64,000 nucleotides of DNA from Anaeramoeba ignava BMAN (Eukaryota > Protista > Anaeramoebae), in the NCBI GenBank assembly GCA_028826165.1, contig JAPDFW010000056.1, forward strand, positions 496,001 to 560,000, read 5' to 3'. The position numbers were made by a program, and so were the translations under genes. Positions within the stretch are counted from its first letter, which is position 1, and the number at the start of each line of letters is the position of its first letter. Of this stretch, positions 38,601 to 50,103 are shown one piece after another. Below the pieces are notes generated by a model, which saw nothing but the letters and a program-made list of their open reading frames with translations, searched no databases and was not told the DNA's origin.

Positions 38601-38892
38601 TATTTCTATTTCTATTTCTTTTATGATTTTTGTTTTTATTTCTTTTATGATTTTGATTTTGATTTTGATTTTGATTTTTTTGTTCTTTTTTAAAATTGGA
38701 TTTTATTTTTTGTTTTTGAGATTCTATTGATTCTGTATTAGAAATTAGAATAATATCTGTTGAATCATTATTTTGTTTTGTTTTTGATGGAGATTTTTTA
38801 ATTTGTGGGAAGTTTGGAATTATTTCTTGAAATTTTGTAAGTAAAATTAATTTTTCAATTAATTCTAATTCAAGAACTCTTGGTTTATCCAT
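35623..38892 (-). CDS. F-box protein with low-complexity linker and C-terminal multi-pass membrane domain (TMEM185-like). Exons 38892-38526 and 38434-35623; apparent 1-nt frameshift at ~37679-37682
   Basis: Intron 38525-38435 joins LFDLLPDE-IGLMIFNYID...CSCVNKQLYRISNDWTLWRRI (F-box). Restoring one base in the (NIKDNE)n repeat links ORFs 37125..38429 and 35623..37146. The C-terminal ~270 aa has ~7-8 hydrophobic segments, including KLDKKVDYDW, FSWKFAF and IDWFLAS. Confidence 0.75.
37185..37920 (-). repeat. Coding 18-nt (NIKD[N/D][E/K]) and 9-nt (NNE) repeats in the F-box gene
   Basis: TCTTTAATATTTTCATTA-type units on the + strand. Confidence 0.9.
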
Positions 38893-39042
38893 TATTATTA
38901 AAAAAAAGAGAATAAAAAGTAATTAGAATAAAAATGAAGAAAAAAAAATGAAAAGAAGAAAAATGAAAAAAAAAATAAATTAAAATTTTTCTTCTTTTTT
39001 TCATTTTTTTATTTTTTCCTCTTTTTTTTTTATTAATAATTA
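38893..39042. promoter_or_regulatory. 150-bp bidirectional promoter (F-box / BEACH2) with opposing Inr-like motifs
   Basis: Three AAATGAA units at 38930-38970, then TTTTTCATTTT at ~38995-39010. Confidence 0.55.
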
Positions 39043-42000
39043 ATGGAAATTGATTTTAAAAAAGAATATCAAAAACTTTTAAATATAATAAAAGAAGAAG
39101 AACAAAACAATTCAATTTTAAATACAAAATTTAATTTAAAAGAAATTATTGAAGTAAAAAGAAGAAAAAAAATAATTAAAAATTTAAATTCAAAAAAAAC
39201 ATTCCAAAAAAAAAAGCAAAATATATTTATTATGAATTTATTTTATCTTTTAATTCAATAATAAAAAAAACAAATTATTATTTAGCAAAATAATTTTTTT
39301 GAAATGTGTTTATTATTTCTTTCAAAATTTGAAACATGGATTCCTGAAAAAGAAATAAAATCTAATGAAAAAAATCAATTAAAAGAAAGATTTGATGAAA
39401 AAGAAATTAATTTAGCAATCCAAAAAGGAAATGCTCATCCAAAACAATTTATTTATTATATTTTTATTTTTTTAAAAGATTCTATCAAAAAAAACAAAGG
39501 TTTCAACTTAAAAATTAAATTAAAAATTAAAATTCATTTATAAAATATAAAATTAAATTAAAATATAAAATCAAAAAGAAATTATTTTGGAAAAAGAACA
39601 AAAATCTCTCCAAAATTTAATAGCTTTACCTGTAATCAAAATTTTATGTGGATCAGTATATAATAGACAAATTTTATTCGAATTTAAAATTTTTGATACA
39701 CTTTTAGAAATGATAAAACTTATTAAAATACTTTTTGATTTATTACAAAAATTAAAAGTAAATTAAAAAAAAAGAGGAGATTGTTATTTAAATTAGATTT
39801 TCTTTTAATTAATTTGTAAATAAAAAAACAAACAAAAAAAAATTATAAGGAATCAAATCCATTACTTTCAATTTATTATTTATATAATGCACAATTTATT
39901 TCTTTGGGAATCATCGAAATTTTAAAAAAATATTTAACAACTATATCAGTTTCTCCTCAAAAAATTTTTGAAATGATCAAAAAACTAGGTTTAATTTCTT
40001 CATTAGTTGGTAATAATTCATTCTATTTTTTCCCCCAATTTTGTTTGATTAAAATAAAAAAACTAATTTCATTTTATTATTTAAATTAGAATTTTGGGGA
40101 ATTGAATTAGAAACTAGAAAATCTTTTATTTTTACACCAAATCAATATTTAATCCAATCCAGAATTCTTGAAATTCTTGAAATTGCTTATCCAAACAATT
40201 TATTAAATACAAAAGATAAATTTGAATTGGTTTTATGCCTTTTGGATTTATTCCGATATCCAAAATTTTCTCTTCCATATCTTGGGATTTATGATAATAA
40301 AAATCAAAATCAAAATGAAAATGAAAATCGAAAATAAAAATGAAAATGAAAATGAAAATGAAAATGAAAATCAAAATGAAAATGAAAATGAAAATAAAAT
40401 CCAAATCCAAATCCAACTTAAAGATTTCTTTCAAACAAATTTTTTTGTATTTGATCCAAAAATATCAACAACAGAAAATCAATTTATTTGTCAAAATTCA
40501 AACTTTTTGAAATCAAATGCAAATGTCTTTGAATTTGATAGTCGTATAAATGGATTGAAATTTTTAATTAATATTATTAACAAAGAAAAAATAATGAAAT
40601 TAATTATAAATAACCCTATGACATATTATATTGGAGATTTACTTCTTTGGGTAGCTTATAATTTTAAATCAAAAACAGCAGGTATCTGGAAAAAATTGAT
40701 CAAAAACAATAGAACAAATCCAGATAATTTGGAAATCATTTTAAATGAAGAACAAAACCAAATCACATTAAATAAGTTAAACAATCCATTTTCGGAATCA
40801 AACCAAAAAAAAAATAAATATTACAAAACCAGATTGGGGAATTATAGAAATGTTTCAGAAATATTGTTGTATAATCCTTATTTAGATTCACTTGTAGATT
40901 GCATTAGAGAATTTTCAAAAATAGATTCAGAACCTGATCCAAATTCCTCATTAAGCAAATTATTGAAAAAAAAAAGAAATTATCCACAAAAATTAATAGA
41001 AAAGAAGCAAATAATTGATGTTGACAATTTCAAAGAAAGACTTATTTTGGTTTATCTTGATTTATTTATAAATCCAGAAAATTCACTTTCTCTACATGAA
41101 TTCTCAAAAGAAAAAATTACTACTATTCACAAATATCTCAAATATATTTATCCTGAATTACAAATGTATATTTTAATTGATTTAAAAAAAATTCTTGATA
41201 ATAAAAAAATTCTTGGTTTCTTCCGGAAAAATAATGGATGCGAAATTTTGTTCTCTGATTTTTTTATAAGAGAAAATAGTTTGAAAGTAAATTAAATTAA
41301 TCCAAAACAAAACAAAACAAAAAAACATCAAGAAATTTTAATTTTAATTTTAATTTAAATTTAAATTTAATTTTTCATTTATTAGATTGCAGAAAAAATA
41401 GATGAAAAATTGGGACAAATGAATATTGATTTGCAAACTCTGTTGATTGATTTGATTTATAATATAATTATCAGAGATCAAAATTCTCTTGATTATCAAT
41501 TTTTATTTCAAAAATTTTTTAATAATATATTTTCGATAAATTTATTAATTAGAATTTTTGAAATTTTTATTCAAATTATCGGTCATGATCCACAAATTTC
41601 AGCAAACCAACTTATTTCGGACTCTAATTTTAGACAATTTTTAAGTACATATTCTGAATTAAATACAATATACAATGAAAACCAAATTCAAAACCAAAAC
41701 CAAATTCAAAATCAAATTCAAAATCAAATTCAAATTCAAAATCAAAACCAAAACCAAAATCAAAATATAAATGAAAATGAAAACCAAAACCAAAATCAAA
41801 ACCAAAATCAAAATGAAAATCAAAATCAAAATCAAAATCAAAATCAAAATCAAAATCAAAATCAAAATCAAAATCAAAATCAAAATCAAAATCAAAATCA
41901 AAACCAAATGAAAATATAAATCAAAATCAAAATCAAAATCAAAATCAAAATCAAAATCAAAATCAAAATCAAAATCAAAACCAAAATATAAATCAAAATC

Positions 42001-45000
42001 AAATTATAAATGAAAATCAAAATCAAAATCAAATTCAAATTCAAATTCAAAATCAAAATCAAAATCAAAATCAAATTCAAAAAGAAATTGAAGAACTAAA
42101 TATTTTGATTGAAAAAGCATTTGATTTGTGTTTCAAAATTTTAAATTCTATTCTTTTAAATAGCTCAATCGAATTTATACTTGAACGATTAGAAATTGTA
42201 AATCTGTTAATTGAATCATTAAATTATCAACACACTAGATCTCTTCCTTTCAATCACATACCAAATATTCTGGGAAAAATAACCGAAAAATATAAGAATA
42301 ATGGCATAGAATTTGTTTCTTTTTTGTTTCAAAAAATAATTATGCTATGCAAAAGGGTTGATCCAAAAAATCAAGGAATTGTGTACCAATTAGATTTTTG
42401 TCACATTGAAAATCTTTTTAAGGAGTTTTGTGAATCAATTTCCCAAAATCGAGAAGTTATTCAAGAGATGCTTTTAAAATCAACAATTTTTACCTTTTTA
42501 GGAACACTATTCCATGTATTAGATCCAAAATTTGCATTTCTTATTTTATTATTTCTAAAAGAAATTCTCAAAAAAAATCAGGAATTGGTATTGAAGTTCC
42601 AAGAATCAATTCTTGTATCTGATCTTATTTCATTGATTTATAATTATAATACAACTCCAACAAGAGAAATTCTTGGATTACTTTTGGATTTTATGATTAA
42701 TTATGGTGAATTTTCAATAGAAAATAATTTTATTATAAGAAATCCAAATATTGCACTTGTTATTTTTGAAATTTATTCAAAGAATTTAAAAATCAAACAA
42801 AATTCAGTGGAAAATATATCACATGATTCAAACGATTCAGAGATTTTGTTTATGGAAGTGTTAAAAGTATTTGATCAAATTTGTGGGAAATCAATTTATA
42901 ATATTTCTTGCTGTTGTGAAAAAGGGATTATTTCTTTATTACTTGAATTATTCCCCAAAATTAAAAATGAAAAGCTATCAACAATAATCATCCAATTTAT
43001 TTCAAGACTCGGTTCACAAAAAATTCTTGTTTCTGAACTGAAGCATTATTTTTCCTTATTAATGGATCAATTAAACCATGATAACTCAGAAAATAATATG
43101 ATTTCAAATTTAATGTTAGTTGAATTGAGAAAAATGATCAAAAAAAAGCATGAAGGACCAAGAAATTTTTTTGATATGCATGAAGAAAATTCAGTAATCA
43201 AACTTCCATCTTTTGGTAGTAATTTAATTGCAAAAAAATTCAGCTTCTGTTCTTGGATTCGAATTGAAGATTTTGTAAGACCGTTTTCTTGTTACTCTGT
43301 TGATAGAAAAAATAATTCAAATAACGATGAAAAAACTCATGAAATGGAAAAGGATTACAACCCAAGAATATTTAGCTTTCTAACAAAAGATCGGGAAGGA
43401 ATTGAATTGAGTCTGGAGTTTGATGAAAAAAAGAAAAAAGTAGTTTCAATTGTTTATCACATTTATTTAAATCAAGAAGACCAAAAAAACGATAATGAAA
43501 TCATAGTCAAATTTCTAATTGAAATGAAGATTAAAAAATGGTATTTTTTGGTTTTTACTCAGAAATATCAATGGGTGCATTCAAAAATCAAAGCAAAGTT
43601 ATATATTAACGAAAATGAAAAAGAAATTTCGAATATTAAATTACCAAGAAAAATAGGAAATGATCAAGATTTTACGAACAATTTAATTGGCTCTAATTTT
43701 CCTTTTTGTATCGAAGAGCAAAAAAAAGAAGAAGACGAAAAGCTAAAAAATGTGGATAAAGAACAGAAAAATCAAAAGAAACAAGTTCTCAAAAATTCTT
43801 TTTATGGGCAAATGGGGACAATTTATATATTCAAAGAATTTCTTAACTCAAACCAAGTTCGAGCCATTTATTTTCTTGGTCCAGATTATAAGTCATTTTT
43901 TTATAATACTGAGATTTTTCAATATACGGGTCACGATTTAGAAACAGATTTAGCAGCACTTTTTAGTGGGAAACTAACCAAAAACATGTTGTTTTGCCAC
44001 AATGCAAAAGCGATAAAAGGGAATCTGTGTTTAAATCAAAGCCCATCAAATATTATTAATACAAGCTCACAAATATCATGGGTTTATCCATGTATAATAG
44101 CAAGTGTTCAAGATATTATTCATTGTTTAGGAGGAATTGAAGCCTTTTTTTACTTAATTCTTGGAATTGATAAACTTTTTGAAAAGGAAGAAATAAACCA
44201 AACAGAAAGTCAAATTAATAATACAAAACAACTTTTTGAAGAGATTCTGGGAAATATATTTGATGTACTATTAAATAATTTTGATTTACAGGAAGAAATC
44301 GTGAAAGTAAATGGATTCCCAATGTTTGCAAATATACTAAAGAGAATAAACCCAAAATATTTTTCACTCAAATTTATAGACATCCTTAAGTTATTTCGAG
44401 AGAAAATCTTAAATGAGTCATTTCAAAAAGAATTCAAAACCTATTTACTTATTGATCATAAAATCTGGATTCGATTAGCATTGGATCTCCAATTAAAATT
44501 TTTCGAAACAATCCACATATTTTTCCAAAAATCAAATAAATTAGAGGGAAATAAAGAAGAAAGCATCACTACAAAAATAGAAACTGATCAAGAAAAAAAT
44601 TTAAAATCAGATTCAAATTTCAATGAAAATAATGAAAATAATGAAAATAATGAAAATAATGAAAATAATGAAAATAATGAAAATAATGAAAATAATGAAA
44701 ATAATGGAAATAAAGATAAAATAAAAGCTCTTGAAATAATTGATGGAACAACAAAAAAGATGGAAAACCAACAGACTATTATCAATTTAACACAAGTTTT
44801 ATTTGCAAATATTACCATTTTTGATTTGGTGAATTTCTTGCGTTTTTATGATAAAATTTACCAAGAAATACAACAATCTAATCAAATTGAAAAAATGAAT
44901 GACCAACAAAAAATTCTTGAAATAAGCAAAAAATTATTTTCCATGATTTGTGTTCTTTTAGAAGAAATAGAACTCTCATCACAAAATAATCCAATAGATA

Positions 45001-48000
45001 CATTGATTGCAACATGTTTTATATTGAAAACAGAATATTTTGTGGAAGAAATACTGAAATTTGTTCATCATTTCATTTTGAAAAATTCCAAAGATACTTG
45101 GAAACTTCTAATTCCTATCTATTTATTTAAACCATTTATTTATTTAATGAGTGAAAAACCAAATCCAAAAATATTCGAATATTGCCTAGAAATTATTTAT
45201 AAAATTGATATTTCTCTCCAAGAAAATCAAAAGGAGATTGAAGATTTGAAACAAAGAAAAGTCTCAATCGATAAATTGGAAGATTTATATTTTAGGATTC
45301 ACAATGTGCTAGTTGCGAAATTATCAATCATTTCAAAAGAAATTGTTAATATCCTTTACAATATGATGCTATTTCGCACTAATAAAAATGATTCCCAATC
45401 TTCAGTTCTAAAAAACACATTTATTTTAAGGACTATTTGTGAGATTTACAACCAAAAACCAAAGTTAGTTGATCCAAAAATTTTTGATAATTTACTTGTT
45501 TTGATGAATGAAAAAATTTTGAAAAAAGAAAAGATTTCTTTACCATTTGGATGGCAAGGATGGCTAGTTTCTTTATTCAAATTCAATAATAATAATAATA
45601 ATGATAATAATGATGATAATGATGATAATGATGATAATATTTTAAAAGATCAAAATCACGTTAATGAAACAAATTTCAAAATTTTGAATTTATTATTTGT
45701 CTACTCTTTTAAAGCTTCATCTACAATATTCCCAAAAGTATTTGAGCAATTTCTTTCTTCAGTTAATGTGATATATCCAGGAAAACATTTATTAATAAGA
45801 ACAACAATTCAACGAACAATAAACGATTTAGTGAATCAGATTAATTTAGATACAACAAAAAGTGATAATTCCCAATTAAAACCACAAACTAAAACACAAG
45901 ATATTCAAAAAAATGTCATTTTAGTTGACAACTTGTTCTATTTGATTTATGTGTTAAATGGAATCACATTTAGCACTCCAGAAAAGGGGGAATTTCTTGA
46001 AAAGATAAATGAACCATCACAAAAATTCAGTTTGACAGAAATTCCCAAAAATTTTTCAAAAAAAATGCCATCTCTTGCAAAACTAATCAATTCAAAAAAC
46101 GGAACAAACACTATTGATTTCTCAAACATTCAGTGGAATTTGTTTTTGGAAATCAAAGATCTTGAAAATATAATTTCTTTATTGAGTCATTTTGGATTTT
46201 TTGAAAAGAGCGGGATGACTTTCAAAAAGCAACAAGAACGAAGAGCAATTTACAAAATCATTATTTTATTACTTCTTTTTTCAATTAAGAATTTAGATTC
46301 CGAATCATTGGAACAACTCCTTCTACGAATAATAAATCTAACCAAAAACACATTAAATTACAAATCCTCTAAGATTGTTAATGCGCAAGACTTTATATCA
46401 ATTATATTTTCTTTCCTATTTTTTTATATTCACAACCCAGAAAACAATGAAAATAATGAAAACAATGAAAACAATGAAAATAATGAAAATAATGAAAACA
46501 ATGAAAACAATGAAAACAATGAAAACAATGAAAACAATGAAAATAATGAAAACAATGAAAATAATGAAAACAATGAAAACAATGAAAACAATGAAAATAA
46601 TGAAAACAATGAAAACAATGAAAATAATGAAAATAATGAAAACAATGAAAATAATGAAAATAATGAAAACAATGAAAATAATGAAAATAATGAAAACAAT
46701 GAAAACAATGAAAATAATGAAAACAATGAAGATATCAAACAAGAAAAACTAAAAAGAAATGTTCTATTAAAGAATTTCCGCGTTATTATGCAAGCAAATT
46801 ATCGTTTTTTATTTGGAGCTTTATCAAGTAAAAACAGAGATCTTTCTTTACTGACTCGAAAAAAACGTGATTCATTTGTTTTTTTAGGCGATGATATTGA
46901 TAGTTTCGAAAACGAGATCATGTCTAAAAAATGGAAAGAAGCAATAACCAAGGTTTTCTCTCCAGTTATTAATTATATTCTTAGAGAGATACAAGAAAAC
47001 CAAAAGAGATTCAAGCAAATTCAAGAAGGCAATTATTTTTACATAATGCACCTATTTAATTACAATACACAAAACTCAGAAAAAGCCAAGCATTTTATAA
47101 ATCGAATCCAAACTCAGTCACAAAAGCTTCTTCAAAATGAGAAAACAAGAATATTAACATCAAAACTGAACACTTATCATAACAGAATTTATTTTCAAGA
47201 ATTCAAAAAAATGATTGAAAATTCCATTTCAGGAAAGTATCCATGGAGTTCAAACGAAATTAGTTTTTTGGATAAAGAATTTGAAAAACAAAAATTTTAT
47301 GTTAAACTTTCAGGAATTGAGGATGAAATGAGAAGACAAAAGAAACTCAAATTTTATTTAAAAAAAGAAAATGGAAACCTAAATGGAAATGAACAAATTG
47401 CCAAAAAAAATTTAAGAAAAGCAAATTCAGAGCTCAGTTTAAAAATAATGGAAATTACAGATAAATCAATTCCACAAAATCAAAAAGGCAAAAAGAAACA
47501 TAATGATGATAATGATGATAATGAAAGCAAATCCAAATTAAAAAAGCAAAAACCAAAAAGTAAAAATGATAATTTATTTTCGCCAAACTGCGAAATAGTT
47601 ACAAAAACCAAAACAACCGAAGGAACATTTGAAATTACAGAGAATTCAATCAATTTTTTTGTTTCCATCAAGAAAATTGATCAACAAAAAGGAAAGGATT
47701 ATTCGTGGGGTATCGAATCGGTTATATCAGTTCATAAGAGAAGATATCTTTTCCAACATTCAGCATTAGAAATATTTTTTGAAAACAGGAAATATGTATT
47801 TTTCAACTTTTCGACAATGGAAGAAAGAGATTCATTTTATGATAAAATTCAAAAATGCAAAATGGTGGATATTGAACAACAAAAATATGTCTATTCTGGA
47901 AATGATCCGACAAAGTGGGTTGAAAAAACTCAAATGATAAAAAGATGGAAACTTGGAAGAATAACCAATTTCGAATATATTATGTATTTAAACACACTAG

Positions 48001-49904
48001 CAGGGAGAACATACCAAGATATTTCGCAATACCCAATTTTTCCTTGGGTTATTTCGGATTATGATTCTGAAACACTAGATCTTAATAACCCACAAGTGTT
48101 TAGGGATTTATCAAAGTCTGTTGGAGCATTGGATAATAAAGTAATCACCTATCTTGAAAAAAGTGAGAAAGATGGCAAAGAATTTGTATTCAATTATCCA
48201 AAATTTTATTCAACTGAAGAAATTGTTTCATCTTATTTGGGTCGATTAGAACCATTTACTTCAATTTGTTTAAAAGAAAAATATCCAATATTCAGTTCAA
48301 TTCCAAAAATGTGGGAAAAAGTAAAGCCATCCAAAAGTGGAGAAGATTATCATAGTTATTATAATGAAAAAAATCGTTCAGACATTGATTATGTTGGAGA
48401 ACTAACTCCAGAATTTTTCCATTTACCAGATTTTTTAAGAAAGCCAAATATATTTCATCATGAAAATGAAAATGAAAATGAAAATGAAAATAAAAATAAA
48501 AATAAAAATAAAAATCGAATTAAAAATATCACAAAAAATGTTAAACTTCCAAAATGGGCAAAAACACCAGAAGAGTTTATTAAAAAACACAAAGAAGCGC
48601 TTGAATCAAAATATGTTTCAGAACATCTTAATGAATGGATTGATTTAATATTTGGATATAAACAAAAAGGAAAAGAAGCCAAAAAGGCATATAATTTATT
48701 TCCTCTAAAATTATATGAAGAAAATTATGATTTTTCACATCTTCATAAAGAAAAAACAAATAAAGAAATCAAAGAAGAAATAAAGAGAGAAACCAAAACT
48801 AAAGGACAAGTTCCGATTCAATTATTTAAGAAAAAGCATCCAAAAAAATACTCGAAAAAGGAAATGACTCAACTAATAATTCATGACTTTTTCGATTGGG
48901 AAAAATTACTTTATATTGATGATTTTGAATTTTCAAATTTCAAAATTGGAAAAACTCCTATAATATTTACAAAATTTTCAAACATACATCAAATTTTGTT
49001 AGAAAATATCCCAGAAGAAATTATTACATTTGATAAAGAAAGAATTATTGGGAATCATAATTGGTATTTTTTGGATCAGAAAACGTCGAGTGCAGGATTC
49101 AATATACAAATAGATCCAATAATAGAAAGAAAGAAACCTATCAGCATTTCATTTTCACAAGATTTCAACAATTTCCAGCAATCTGTAGCAATTGAGAAAA
49201 ATCTGAGATATTTAATTTGTTGTGGATTTTGTGATGATACTTTCAAAATATTTGAAATACAAAATTATAAATTAATGCAAAGTGTATCAAGACATAAAGA
49301 TATTGTGAATTGTTTAGCTATTGATTTGAAATATATTGTTACAGGTTCAAAAGACACAACAGTGATTATTTGGGAGTTTGATTTAAATGAAGGAAAAGTG
49401 AGAGAAAATCCAAAACACATTTTTTTTGAGCATGAAAAAGAAGTGAAAAGTGTTGCAGTTTCAATTGAAAATGATGTTATTTTAAGTGGATCTATTGATG
49501 GGAAGTTAATAATTCATTCCTTAATCAAAGGAAAGCATATTCAAACAATAATTTTATCAGATAAGAAACCAATTTCGCTTATCAAAATAACAAAAGAAGG
49601 AAATATTCTTACATTTTCAGAAAATTCTAATATTTTAAGGTTATTTACAATTAATGGTCATTTGATAAGAGAAGCTCAATGTTCACAAAATATTTATTCA
49701 ATTTCATTTCCTCATGATCCAAATTTTATATTTTTAGGAGGATCAAAGCATGTTTTTGAAGTTCGGGAATTATTTGGTTTGGAATTAATTCGCAGTTTTG
49801 ATTTAAAACAAAAAATTCATTCAATTTCAATTAATAAAAAAGGGTTTGTTGTTGTTGGATTAGAAAATGGAGAAATAAAAATAGGGAGGTTATCAAAAAA
49901 ATAA
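39043..49904 (+). CDS. BEACH-domain protein 2, a divergent paralog of BEACH1. Exons 39043-39153, 39286-39499, 39579-39757, 39850-40009, 40090-41286, 41386-49904; apparent frameshifts at ~40329 and ~41906-41908
   Basis: Colinear similarity to BEACH1 (GNAHPKQF vs AAHPPDF; ILCGSVYN vs ILCRSKIN; LPYLG vs IPSLG; [10 protein letters not shown]; [10 protein letters not shown]; [16 protein letters not shown]; [29 protein letters not shown]; [10 protein letters not shown]; WD40). Five GT-AG introns in the same phases as BEACH1 introns 1-4 and 6. Confidence 0.88.
46440..46730 (+). repeat. Coding (ENN)n 9-nt repeat, about 32 units, in BEACH2
   Basis: GAAAA(C/T)AAT repeated in frame. Confidence 0.95.
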
Positions 49905-50103
49905 GATATTTGTTTTGAATTTTAATTTAATTTGAATTTAATTTGATTTGAATTTAATTTTAATTTTAATTTTAATTTTAATTTGATTTGAATTGAATAT
50001 TGAATAAAAGAATATTTGTTCCACTTTTTTATTTGATTTTGAAAAAAAAAATTTATTTTTTCAAATTTCATTTTTTTCATTTTTCTAAAATCAAAAAAAA
50101 AAA

